Below are positions 29,175 to 42,968 of a stretch of 64,000 nucleotides of DNA, piece after piece. Made by a program: the position numbers and the translations under genes. The notes under the pieces were generated by a model that saw nothing but the letters and a program-made list of their open reading frames with translations, was not told where the DNA came from and ran no database searches. Origin of the DNA: Trichoplax sp. H2 (taxonomy: Eukaryota); NCBI GenBank assembly GCA_003344405.1, contig NOWV01000012.1, positions 558,001-622,000 of the forward strand, written 5' to 3'. The first letter of the stretch is position 1; each line of letters opens with the position of its first letter.

Positions 29175-31894
29175 TCACTTACGAACGCTCTTCTTACGAT
29201 ATCTATGATATTCTGGAGATGAACTTAAATCCCTATGATGGCGACTGCTTTTATACTTATCACTATGAGATGTTCGTCTGCTGTCAGGAGACCTACTACG
29301 CCGTCTTCGGGGCGAATAACTGCGACTACGACTACGACTTCGACGGCGTGATCGATGATGAGTGTGATAATCTCTTTTGGAATAATCTTCTTGGTTAGAT
29401 TTATCATTACTAGATCGACGACTGCGAGGTTTAGAATCGCTTTCACGCCCAGGAGCTTCACCTATAACGATATAATTGAATTTCTAAAAATTCCCTTATT
29501 TCGAATTCTCTAATTGGTAATCCCTAACGAACCCTCTACAGCTATAGCCTCTACTGGCGCAGTAAAGTAATCATAGAATAGGATAATTTGTGATTTATCT
29601 TATAACCTTTTGGCTATGAACTAAAGTTGAATTTTATAATACCTTCACGAACGAAACTAGCATTAACATCGTTAGCACTATCTTCTGATTTGGGCGCTGT
29701 GGACGATTTGATTCTAGTCTTTGCAGAATTATCGTCATCTTCATCACTATCTTGATCATAAGCTCCTAGGTATTTAATATTTTCACGCTACAGTTAGTAC
29801 TACTGGCACAGTCAATTTTTAATGTAGTAGTAAAAATTTACCTAATCCTTCAAGCGCTGCTAAAGCACTAGAACTAGCCAGCACTGTCGCTGTAGCTAAG
29901 TTGAAATAGCAAATGAGCAAATTTTAGTCCAAAAATATGACTGAAATTAATATACCACAACTGAAAGTAAGGACACTCGCTTACCAGATTTCGTAATTTG
30001 TAAATTTTCATTAGCAATACTCTGAATCATTTCGTCGGTAACTTCTAAGAGAACTTCCGTTAAAATTTTTCTAACATGAACCAACTGTTTAAATTTTAGA
30101 AAGAGTATTTATTTTGTTAATGAAAGTGGTAATAATATCTTAAAGGCAAAGAATCTTTACGACAATGTTTGAGGAATAAAATAATTGCGTTGCACTTATA
30201 TCATACCAAATTTTGTTCTGATTGTAAGCAATGTTCTTTTACTATATTCGCACTTGATAATACTTCTGTCTTTTCATCAGTATTGTATGCTTCGCTATCA
30301 CTATGTGCGCTCTAACGAGAAAAGCAATTATACCAAAAACAATGGTATATCAATTGTAAAGAACAAAACCAACTTGCAGTGCAAATTATACACGTTAATG
30401 GATTATTCCAATCATACTTCAGCTTCTTGAATTGGTGAAGGTGAATTCATAGGTGATGCCTCAAAAGCATACCCAGAATAATTTAAAGATGTAGATAATT
30501 TATCTGATTTGTTAAAACTAGCATTTAAATTTTCCTGTTGAGACTTTTTCTGCTTATCTTTCTCTAATTTTTCTAGACTTTGTCGGAGCCACAACGGTAA
30601 TGTTTTTTTCTTATTATTCTCCGCTAAGAAAAAAGAGCAATATTTTCCAGTTACTTCTCATTACATTGTTAATACTTTTGAAAAATTTTAAGCTTAGTGG
30701 TATAGCAATAATTAATTCAAGCGAATACTAAGAAGTTGATATTATCATAAACGACGAGTGAGCACAGTCAATCCGTAACAGTATTAATATAAAATTATCA
30801 ACCGATCCATTCTTACAGTGTATGATTATGGTCAAGATAATTTATGCGATACCGTGATGCTGTGTCTTATAATATAATACCTGCAGAAGCGGATAAATGG
30901 CTAGCGTCGGGTTGTAAACCTACGGGTGCTGTTAATTCATTATACTGGTCGTAGCCGTAACCTATAGGGGCATGGGGATTAGGTAAGCTATCAGCGGCAT
31001 TTGGAGCTCCCCCATATAGATCTTGTTCAGGATAATGATTATAATATGGCGCTTGGTCTACAGTCATACCATCCGGACCCACTGGTATTACAGGAGCATG
31101 TTGCATATGTTGTGATGACTCATTATCATATAATATTTCATTTCCAGACATTGCACTATAGTTATAATGATCCACGTTAGATTGTTGTAACCGATCTTGC
31201 TCAAAATTTGCATCATGAGGATAAAAATGGGAAGGATGTCTTCCGTCAAAACCCATCTCACCACCATGTGCAAATTGTCCGCTCAGATCATTGTTCCTAT
31301 GGGATACAGATTCTTTATGTTTAATCCACTCAGCCGCTTTTTGCGCCCAGATTGCAGGATCTATTCATTTTATATGTGTATATTGACATATATAAGTATA
31401 TGTTTAGCATTTATAATAATAGTATACAATTGATACTCTAAAAAAATGAAATTCTTTCGAAATTCTTATCAGTATTATTGATTTATTGTATGCTCGTATT
31501 AATAACCATTACAAACTGAAGCTCAGTAAGACTCTAGCCAAATCATAAAAAGTATCACGAAGACTTTTACTCTAAGCTCTGATAATAATGATAATCACAG
31601 CGATTGTACCAATACTGTATACTCGTATTTTTTAACCGATGAATAACGACACAATTTATGATGCGGGAAGCAACAGAGAGCAATCATGATACGGCGATAG
31701 AAAAATCTACCATTTCATCCATGGTTAAATCTACTGTAATTTATGTATTAAAATCTCATACCGTTATTCGCTGGATTTTGCTCTCCATAGTAATTTCCAT
31801 AGTATTGTTGCTGCTGGTAATATTCCTGTTGCTGTTGCCATTGATTAGAATTATCATTTGGATTAGGCATTCCCCTTCCCTCTTGATGCCACAT
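29175..31894 (-). CDS. PNISR: Arginine/serine-rich splicing factor PNISR (SRrp130)
   Basis: Start MWHQEG..QWQQQQ, DPAIWAQKAAEWI, KKKTLPLWLRQSLEKLEKDKQKK, RKILTEVLLEVTDEMI, LASSSALAALEGLG.YDQDSDED, and an RS-rich last exon RSRSRSRSYSPRRRRSRSP (stop 29175-29177). A splice acceptor 3 nt upstream of the ATG implies non-coding 5' exon(s). Confidence 0.88.
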
Positions 31895-34877
31895 CTTCTA
31901 TTTTTAATTTTTTTACACTAACTTTTACGTTTATGAACGTGTTTTTTATTAAAGCTATCGCCTTGAGCTTTGACGCAAACGAGGAAAAGTGTATAATAAT
32001 AAATATGATCAATTAATAATGAATCAATACTGACAAAACTACCATACAATTTTAATCAAACTCTTGCCTATCCTATCTGCTGTACAGTACTAAAATAAGC
32101 GTAATATCACTCAGGTACAGCACATTTCGATGTATTAATTATCGATAACTTATTCTAATAATAAAGGATTAGATTAGATTTAAGTATTAATATTAACGAG
32201 ATCTCATGATCTCTTAAGAATACAGTATACTTATTTTGCTGTAATGTATTCGTATAAATCTCCATTTTCTAATTTTAAAGCTATCTCATGCTACAAATAG
32301 ATATATAAATTTTTAGTTTTAAATAGTACGAAAGGTGTTCTACACGTATGATAGTAAAGAATGACTAATTAGTATCTTCCTTTGGTCAAATGGATAAAAG
32401 TAATTAACGCAGAATGGAAGTCTACGCAACTAGCTGTCATTACCAACTTCAATTATTTCGGGTTATGCTACTGTATAGGTATATATGATATTTCAATAAA
32501 GAATATCTGCTAATACTACAAAAGAAATAGGATTTTACTTTTACTACCACTACGTTACTAAAACCAAATAACTACAGCTGCAATTACTAATTACGTTTCT
32601 ATGCAGTATACAGTCCAGTACGATGGCTATCTAAACGCATATTGATACATTCACTGTAAGTGCTTGATTTCGCTTTAATCAAATTAAGTAATTGCTATGA
32701 TTTAAAAGACATCGTAGTTACACACTATGCATTACAGAATGAAACGTTGCCTAGCTGTAGATTCATGTCTTAAGCTATTAATTAATTAGAGTATATTATT
32801 AATTTGATAGTGAAAGCTAGCAAAATTTTCTTTTAGCTATAGTTATTGTAAAATTCAACATACTGCAATCGTATTGGTTATGGTATAGAATAAACATGTA
32901 GAGCAAATTGGTTAATGATATAATACGAGTATGTTGACCAAAAAAAGATAGCATCCGACAATATTTTGATAACATACCTTTTTCAAAGTTAATAGAGTAA
33001 AATAGCTGAACGAATGAAAAGCAATGTAAGTTTTGTTTTTTTTTAATGTAGATTCCTTTAAAGGGAACAGTTAAAGAGTCAGGTAAAATTCATTTAGCAC
33101 AACATCACAAGTATGCATACGTAATAGCAATTAATGAAAAATAAAATACGTGAACGACTATTATCCAGATCGAATCAGTATTTCAATAGAAGATTTTAAG
33201 TAAAGTATTCTACATACAGTTAGGCCAATAGTGGATGCTTTTCGTAGTTTAAAGTTGTGCTAGTAGTATTGGCGTAGTGGTAACTTTCTATCTATGTTTA
33301 TTTCATCATTATACATTCGACTGTGAAATTATTTTCTAAGTCATCTACTGCAAGTCCGAGTGCTGCATTTGAACAGAGTACTGGAAGCATTTTTTAAAGT
33401 AAAAGAAATTGTATTACCGTGTCGTACAAGCAATGGTGGTATACTGTGTTAACGGTGTAGACTACTTAATTGAATCGATCTTTCAAAGCCGAGCATGGAG
33501 TAGTCTATGTAGAATGAAGTAAATATCAAGTAGCAGGTACAAACTACGTGTGGAAAATGCAGCCTCACTACCAAACACTTGGCGAAAAAACGTCTGCTGC
33601 TATGAAATGGACGACTCGTCCATGACTACAGTACTAGGATTTCTAATTTTTAAAACACCTTACATAAGCTGTCATGAACAAGTAGGCGATTAAGCCTTTA
33701 ACACTAGCGAAAACTTGCATTTATCTACTGCTAAGCCAAGTGTAGTACTACTGTAATTGAGCATCCATTTTATTGTAGAACGATGTATTCTTAGGAAGGC
33801 AATGTCTTATTGCTACATGTTGTCTCGCCTGGCTGACTACAGTAACGTTGCTCGGCAAACTCGTGTAAGGTTAGAGTAACGCTATGAAATGGTTCAATAT
33901 TGTGGCTGAAGAGTACAGTACATAGCATCCAAAGCTATCAAACTATTATTCAAGTAGAACGAGCTAATAGAAAAATTAACTTTTATACTAGTTTGTAGAG
34001 ACTATCAAGCGAGAAAATAACTAGGTTGCAATGAAATCAGCAAAAAATCTTTTTCATCATTCACAGGCGTATGTTTGCAATGCTAGACAGTCGTGACACA
34101 AGTGTTGTTACTCACTGAAACAGCATTTGATCCAAACGCTACAAATTCACTGTCAAATTTTCTCGAATTGAATGACTTGTATGATTGATCAATCCAAAGT
34201 GGAGCATCTTCAGATAAAGTACAAGATTTTTTTGTCACTTTTTAGTCCAATGGTGAAAATTTTGATGGGTGGAAAATACTGCCCAATCGATCCGCTCATG
34301 TACCCTTGTACAGTACTGTAGGTCAATGGCCACTAACGATCATAGTACAGAATAAAGGCAGTGTGTTTAAAAAAGCTTGATTACTCTTGGATGAAACGAT
34401 ATTGAATGACAGCTTTCGATCTTGAAGACCAAGTCTTGCAAGGAATAAGAGGAAAATCAATTAATTTCAATGAATTCTTGTTGCAAATAGGCAAAAGGAT
34501 GAAGGAATTTTTGCCCTTGCAGCAGCTCGTCTAAGACGTCCTGGTGTAGTGAAGTAACTGAGTCTGCAGTACAGTACTGTCCTTTGATGGACGTCCACTG
34601 GACTCGGACGCTCGGACATCATTTTAGCCATGAATGTTGCCGCTATCATTGTACAGTATGGACAGTATGGACAGTATGAGTATTTGGATATTTGCTTCTT
34701 AAAAGTCCATTTACTGTACAGCAAATGGACAACTGTATATACAGTATACACTGTAAAGTCTATGGGATGCTTTTGAATTCGTAATATAGACACAAAAGAT
34801 CCATACGAAGCCTCGATTATGTTTTCTTCTTAACGCTATGGCCTCTACAGTGTAGTTTTGCGACATTTTCCACCATC

Positions 34878-35717
34878 TTGGTTTGGAGAAAAGTCTGTGC
34901 GTCCGTCCGACCGAGGTGTAAAGTACGGAGTACTGTACTGAATCAGCTACCATGTACTCGAAGAAGACTTGGACGGACAGACCTTTTCGACCTCGTCTCG
35001 TCAAAATATTGTTTCAAACACTTGGTTGGTTTGGAGAAAAGTCTGCGCGTCCGTCCGACCGAGGTGTAAAGTACTGAGTACTGTACACTTGTACAGTACT
35101 CGAAGAAGACTTGGACTGATCACTCTTGGACGGACAGACTTTTTCGACCTCACCTCGTTAAAATATTGTTTCAAACACTTGGTTGGTTTGGAGAAAAGTC
35201 TGTACATCCGTCCGACTGAGGTGTATAGTACTGAGTACTGTACTGTACTGAATCCAGCTACCATGTACAGTACACTGTACTGTACTGTACAGTACTGTAC
35301 AGTACTCGAAGAAGACTTGGACGGACAGACCTTGTCGACCTCGTCTCGTCAAAATATTGTTTCAAACACTTGGTTGGTTTGGAGAAAAGTCTGTGCGTCC
35401 GTCCGACCGAGGTGTAAAGTACTGAGTACTGTACACTTGTACTGTACAGTACTCGAAGAAGACTTGGACTGATCACTCTTGGACGGACAGACGTTTTCGA
35501 CCTCACCTCGTTAAAATATTGTTTCAAACACTTGGTTGGTTTGGAGAAAAGTCTGTGCATCCGTCCGACTGAGGTGTATAGTACTGAGTACTGTACTGAA
35601 TCCAGCTACCATGTACAGTACACTGTACTGTACTGTACAGTACAGTACTCGAAGAAGACTTGGACGGACAGATCTTGTCGACCTCGTCTCATCAAAATAT
35701 TGTTTCAAACACTTGGT
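34878..35717. repeat. Tandem array, 5 units of 148-191 bp, with internal inverted repeats and dimeric higher-order structure
   Basis: ttggtttggagaaaagtctg starts at 34878, 35026, 35183, 35374 and 35536. Units 2/4 share cttggactgatcactc; units 1/3/5 share gaatc(c)agctaccatg. Arms gtctg..gtccgtccga / ttggacggacagac are complementary. Confidence 0.95.
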
Positions 35718-36166
35718 TAGGACACTACTTTAGTATGAAAAGGGTCCATTTTATTGTGGCTGATTTTTTTCTAATTGAAGTAAGATTATGTTGAATCTTG
35801 GATTAGTCGTTACTCAAGTTCTACTTGGACATAGTTATATAACATCGCAAATGGTATTTTCATTTAAATTCGTTCCAGCAATTTTAGAGAATAGACACGA
35901 AAGATCCATACTAAATAGCTATTCTTCCATGTTGACGTCCTCATTTGGTAAAGAAGAAAAGTCCGTCTGTCTGAGGGATTCGTCAGTCCAGCTGTCCAGG
36001 TCTTCTTCGAGCTGTCCATAACAGTCACAGTACGATAGTGTATCGGTAGTTCTCGACTGTATAGTACTGCCATATATTGCATAACGAGGTACTTCAGCAC
36101 TTACCATACAGTAGAATGCGATAGCGCCAATCTGGAATTTTCCCTTTCCAAGTCCATCAGGTAAAC

Positions 36167-39100
36167 ATGGCTTTCGCTGAGGTCCATTCGCGTGTCAAGA
36201 AAAGGTACAACTTGCAGGATAACTTCCAATCTTTGCAAGGCCATGAAAATCTACTTATTCAATATACTGAAAAGAAAATATCCAAATTGCGCTGGAGACC
36301 GGATCCCAAGGGCCATAGCAGCCACGAGAATATCTTTGCGACTGGTACATGGGACGAATTGGTAAATCATCTAGCTCTCGGTCCTAAATTGAATTGGCTG
36401 TCAAATCAATTCTACCTCAATGACTCCTTGCGGTAGCAATACTGTAGTCCTATATGAATAGAGTTGTTCTTTATAGCATACTGTATAGTGTAGATTGTGA
36501 GTATTCTTAATGGTGTAAAATAGAGTAGGCATACTCGTTTCTCAACAACGCTAGGCTGCTACTCTAAGCAACAGCAGTCGGTATGGATGATAATAGTTAG
36601 AATTAGTTACTTGTGCGCGCGTAATAATTGTAATTAGCCAACTGTTAATTCGGTTCTGGCTTTAGCCATCATCCTGCGTAAAATACAAACTGCACAAATG
36701 CTCAATCCCATACTTAACATTTCAACACCATAGAGGAAATCACAACGATGATCCTAGTCTGCAATGACTTACTTACAGTAATAGCAATTTCAGACTGATA
36801 CAAGTAATACAGAATATTGCATATGACTCAACAGCCTTACGCATAGCTGAGGCAATCTACCTGTACTATACACCAGAGGTATTCTCCACTTTACTGAATG
36901 AAATGATCTTTAATCTCCTATCTTTGGATGGTATTTTATTGTAGCATAACGTCGTCAATATATGGAACTATGAGAAAGGCAGAACTTTCCGGGAAGATAC
37001 ACACCAAGAATCTGCGCTGAATGAACCTCAACTTATCACCTCGATGCATCATCAAGGCGAAGTAACTGAATTAAAGGTCATTGATTGATTTTATTCTTGC
37101 AAAGACTTTACTGCATACTTCACGAGTACTGTAGTACATTACGCATGATGTGAAATAATCCTTGTCTTGCTAGATTATCTATAGACCTCAATTGTATAAC
37201 ACTATTCCGAAGGCTTGTCAATACTTATACGTAGATTTCGATTAATGCTTACACTATACAATGTGCTGTACTCAAATAATACCAATCTCAAAATAGACCA
37301 AATTCTGTAGCAGACTGTCATGTCTTCCCAACGGCTATATGTACATTCATCTCTTGCCTACCTACGCACTACCTGAACTACTATAATCTTCAATGTAATC
37401 ACAGTAAAATACTTTGAATAGCTTCTGCATGAAAATTCTAATTCTTAGTAACATCTGAAAAGCTAGACTAAATGAATACCAATTTGTACACTAGTATAAA
37501 CGTGATATTGTGTATGTCTAGGATACAGTAACTGAAGATGATAGCTACCAGTTTTAATGACGTCGCCTCCTAATTGAGAAGCTAGCATTTTCATTTTTTA
37601 CTTTCGGTTCCTGGTGACAACCAGCTGTTTTAGTAGTGTGCGGATAATGTGTGTAGGCCATTGTATCAAGAACAATCACTAATATTAAGTCTGCTTCCTT
37701 GTTTTATTTACCAACAGTTCATCGATGATGAAAAATTAATGACGTCCTCATCAAATGGCTCATTAGAATTGATTCAATTTTCACGGCCTCGACAGGTAAG
37801 CAACTCTCGCTCTTTCATTTCTTTTTATGCTAATACGTAGAACATATCAGCTAATTAGTAAACAGTTCTTCCAAATTTTGATACTCATAATACTATATTA
37901 TGTATATTTAAATATGCAGTATGCACAATTTAATGTATAGATCTCGTAGAAGCATCATCCACTATAGCAGTTAGTACTAAATTCTTATTGCCTACAATTC
38001 TTCATTATTTTTACTAACTGACTAAGGGATTATGTCGTATAATAGCTAAAAGAAGCTTTGGAGTAAATCGATAGACCTTATTCACTACTATTCTCCTTTT
38101 GCTAGGAATTGCAATCTATTTCTAAATGGAAAAATATCCATCATTTCTCATCCAATTCCTGTCCCTGCACTGGTTTTTCTGTCAACTTACCAAATATAAT
38201 AACCGTTGGTGAAGATAGTAGAATCAATATCTTAAAAATTGATGTACAAGCTCCAATTGCTACAATAGGTACAATCACAACCACATCACCTGTCACTTAG
38301 ATAGTATAGCATATTACTCTACCAAGTACTGTATTGCATTGTATTTACAGTGTATAGGGGATACTGTCGGCGAAGTTAGGTGTTCTTGGCTAGTCACAAT
38401 ACATCACAATACATTTAATGTAAAAGTTAATGCGTTAGAAATTGGATACCTCTAGTTGTTGATTTATCATTACCAAAATGCCGCACTGTATGTATGATAC
38501 TTCCAAAAGGCTCACTTATATCCTGAAATACTGATTTTTTGTATCGATAAAAATGATTAATTCATTTTTATAGAAGACAACATAAGCAGCTGTTCCATCA
38601 ATGCTGTAACATGCGAAGGAATATCAGAATTTATTACTGTAGACTCTATGGGTCGTCTAAAGGTTTGGGATTTACGGCAGCCCTATGATAAACCCGCCAA
38701 AGTTATGGTTTTGTAAGTCAAAGTATACTCTATAAAAATATCTTGCTTATTGATAGATAACAATATCGATCGTATTTATGTTGAAGGCTACTAAAATCGG
38801 TTTATTTGTAATTGCTCTAACTAAAGTTATCGATATAAATTTACTTTATTACAGATCTGGAGAACAGACCTGCTTACAATGTATCGATCAACACCCTAAT
38901 CAACCCCACGTTGCTATAACTGGTAGTCATGATGGTTCTATCATTATTTGGGATCTTCGCCAAGATAAATACCCAACAGTTGTTCTAAAAGCCCATATGA
39001 GTACAGGTATAGAGTAAAAAATATTCAGTTCTTTAATCGAATTTATGTGTTATAGTTTTTAAATTGCAATGTTAATATAATAATTTATGTTACACTTTAG

Positions 39101-39420
39101 TTTGGGAAGTCAGATTCCATCGTCACTTCCCAAATAACTTATTTACTTGCTCTGATGATGGCTCAATTTGGCACTGGGATGGATCTTTGATTACTTCTAC
39201 TAATTTACCAACATCTATCCGTAACTTTTCCGATATTGAACCTGCCAATGCTACAAATCCTTGGTTGATCAGTGATGTTATAAGAAACAAAATAAGAATT
39301 ACCAGTGTTGCTCCTCACAATAAATTGCCTATTAATAGCTGTGACATCATAAATCAGGACTTGATATGTGGGACCGATGGCGAAGCAATAATAATTGCGC
39401 AAGATCTACTACTGAAATAA
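36167..39420 (+). CDS. NUP43: Nucleoporin Nup43 (WD40)
   Basis: KKISKLRWRP..FATGTWDE, ITVGEDSRINIL, LKVWDLRQ, CIDQHPNQPHVAITGSHDGSIIIWDLRQ, AHMSTVWEVRFH..PNNLFTCSDDGSIWHWD, LPINSCDI...LICGTDGEAI; GT-AG introns. Confidence 0.92.
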
Positions 39421-42400
39421 AACAGCCAGCATCATGACGATTCCTTGAGAAAAATCTGTACAAATTTTTTCAGTAGTATATTACTAATGTGGTCGATATA
39501 TTCTGCTCATATTATTAATTACCTACGCCATTCTAAAAATTTATTTGATATTTCTTGAAGTATTTAATGGTAATTATTGTATATTATCAATTCTTGAATT
39601 GTGTGATCCAAGACTGATGTTGTTTTCCCTGATAAAGCGGAAGTATTGTTTCATAGCTTAACATAAAACAAGTTTGGGACATACGAGAAGATTGCACTAT
39701 CATGACAATTGTATTACATTTTCAAGTCAGCACTTCATTTTCGACGTTAATTACTCCATCAATAAAATTTAAGTACATTCATGATAACGTCGAATCTAAT
39801 ATAATACCGCAAAGATATAAAGTCTAATATTCGTACGCTAAATTTCATCATAAGAATACACTTATTCCTTGAGAAATTAGTTGTTGAAGTACGACCTGTA
39901 CATATTTGCACTGTAGTCTCCAAATGGCAATTATTTTCTAGAGAGAATGATGTCATTATCATGGGATGGGTGTCGCGAATGGTGGATTGCCAAACAGATA
40001 TGATCCATCATGGAACAAACGATATTATTCAACGACGATCAATATTTTTAACTTTATTGTTTAATGTAGGTCTTGATTCAAATATTTTTGAGCAAAGAAT
40101 TTTAAATTTAATACTTGAAGAATGTTTACCAGTACTTAGTATACTTAGTAAATAAAGCATACATTTATTTACCTTGGTAACGACTATACACACCATTTAC
40201 ATGTGCTTATACGTATGATCGTGAAAATGATAAATTAAAATTTCAATAGTATTCCAACATATTAATATTAATCTTGACACCTTTTGCTAAATACTTTCAA
40301 AATCCAATTATATATCTAAATAAAATCTATTTCATTAGTACATTTCTTTCTATACTCATGAATATTAAAGCAATAAGGAAAACTTTAACAACCCTTTCAA
40401 ATAGTTGTTTAACTTTCTTAATAAACAGAAGGATATTAATTCCTTTGTGCGCTATGAAAATATTTTTCGATATTAATAATAGCAACTTTTAATAGACACG
40501 CTTTCATTTTTCCATTTTAAAAAATAGTAAGGCTACGTAATCAAATTTATAATGTCTGTGATGTAATAACTACGTAATCATTTTTCTTTACAAGCAGAAC
40601 GATAAAGAAACTTAGAAGAATTTGGCTCAGGAATGCAATTATACAAAAATTGCTATTTCGATAAATATTTAGTTTTCCCATAAATACCGTGACGGTAGAT
40701 GGCACGGTAGATGTACATATACAAAGCATTAAGTTAGTTTTATTAGCTTTCCTCCAATAGCATTAGGGTTAAAGTATATAAATGTGAGGGAGAAACGTGA
40801 TACATTTGATTAATTTTTTTTTTAATTATCTGATAAAAATTTTAAAACTTTAGCGCATGAATACTGTTACAGGTGATATTTATGCGATTGTGAATGCTTT
40901 AGAACATTTAATATTAGGTAGTATTGCCGTGAAGAAGATTATTTATAGTTGAGAAATAACGAATATCATAAGGTAGGATTCTTCTTAAAAAAACTATCGT
41001 AGCTAATAGACCGACAATAAGCTTCATTTTGTCATAAGCCGTACAAAACTAAAATTAATAAAAAGATATTCCTAGATTAAATGAATGAATGCTTAATATT
41101 TAAGCTCGTATACTTCTTACGCCGTTGTTAAAACAAATAATAAAAACTAAAAGTATACCTCAAAGCTCATATTCATGTTCAATTATAAATAAGCGTATAC
41201 TGATATTCCCGCGTACGTGCACATGCGGGTATTTAGTTATTACTCATTACTGCTGAAGAGGTACTCGTATTTAAACAGAGCGACCCATATAATAACAATG
41301 AGATTAATTCATATCAGTTTTTGAGTTAAATTATAATTTAATTAATGATATTAAGCTAGCTCATTTAAAACTTACCCTAATCCTGTATTACTATTCATGG
41401 ATTTATTCTATTATAGTCAAGTTAGACGCACAATAGAATACAAAATAAAATGTATCCAATTAACTGAAGCACAGTAAATAAGCTGGCTATCCCGTGTGTC
41501 AGGCTCGAAGCTGCTAGTACTTAGATCCTACATTGGTATTACTGTATCAATACAGTAATGATAATGAATTATAAATTACTAGCCATAACAACCGTCACTT
41601 TTCTGATGTTTAAATTCTGGTATCATTATTTACTTAAGTAGTAGTTTACGATTCTTATATTCTCAGCATATCTATACTGACAGTAGTAATTGCCGTTATA
41701 AAGTTATTTCAGTAATTTCCTTTACTATGCGCCGTAACGATCTAATTCTATTTGCTGTATAATATGTGTAATACAAGTATGTGAAAAGTCTAAGAATATT
41801 AAACCAGGTAGAAATTCATGATAACGCCATCTGGTATTTGAAGTTACGCACCATGAATTCACTTTTTACAGTTAATTCGCTCATCACTAGTGCATACTAT
41901 ATAGAATTTAGCAATTTTTATGAAAGTAGTTAGAAGTAACATACGCATAAGAGCCAATTATCAGTGTTACACAAAATGCTTTTATTTTGATAATTCTAAT
42001 GTTGGAGGTACTTAGTAGCTACATATTTTTCTTGCAAGTCAACAATGAAGACCAGTAATCTACTTGAGTATGAGTTACAAGTTCATCTGAAACATTTTTA
42101 ATTTAATTTAATTATTTCAAATATTCAGATAATAATGTACCTATGATTACAGTACATTAAATACAATATTAACTTCAAATCAGTCGTACTTGACAGCACT
42201 GTACTTAAAAATTAAAAGAGTTGAAAGTTTAGAATAAGATATCCTTTTGCTAGAAATTATAGTACGCATTTGTATACAATATCATCCACATAACAGTAGA
42301 AATATGATTAACGATTACTATCGAATATTGATTAGCTTAGAGAACAGATAATAATTCCTAGAATATTAGTTTTATCAATTTTGCAAGTGTGGACCAAGGC

Positions 42401-42968
42401 CTATTTCAAAGAATAACAAATTATACGAATAATGAATTATTTCGTAAATTTTAATAGCACTCTCCCTCAGTCCTATTCATTACTTATAATACCGTACAGG
42501 GATAACATTCAAATATTATCAGTCAGAGACAATATTTCAAATTATTTAGTCGAGACAGATTAATATCAATATTTCTCACATCTTATGGAATCATTATTAT
42601 AATTGATATATATATATATATATAATTACGAAAGTTTGGTCATAATATATCCATACCATTAGCTAATATTACATTTTATGTACTAATGTGGCGTACCAAA
42701 TTTTATACAATAGTAACGTCTTTATAGAAGACAAAATTTATACTTGTGAAGGGTAACAATGGTAATCCGTTCACTATAATATCTACACTAAGGTGATTAT
42801 AGCAACGCTTATACGGCCATTAATTGTTCCTAACGGATAGACAAAGCGTGAACAGATGTAAGAACCCAGTAACAGGCTACTGTCTGTTTTGTGTAAATAT
42901 AACTAAACCAAAAGCCAACATCAAAGTTGATGCAATTAATTTTTTTTATATTGTGTCTTATTTTATAG

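Noticed and set aside
29153..29461. ORFs 29153-29398 (+) and 29225-29461 (-)
   Set aside because: Antisense or off-frame shadows of the RS-rich last exon of PNISR.
33607..33623. Perfect palindrome atggacga-c-tcgtccat
   Set aside because: A single short palindrome is plausible by chance in 64 kb and has no supporting context.
33950..34640. Short open frames upstream of PNISR, possible transposase or pseudogene remnant
   Set aside because: No recognisable motif; more simply PNISR 5' UTR or promoter sequence.
34878..35717. CRISPR-like repeat/spacer appearance
   Set aside because: Units are ~150-190 bp, the variable parts are pentamer slippage rather than unique spacers, the context is eukaryotic, and there are no cas genes.
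34467..36107. Overlapping ORFs rich in YSTVLYCTVQ (also 68-334, 46866-47563, 48558-48980, 56035-56587)
   Set aside because: They are translations of TACAG/CTGTA pentamers and tandem units that happen to lack stops; no protein signal.
39560..40500. Short ORFs after NUP43
   Set aside because: No consistent exon chain or recognisable domain on either strand.
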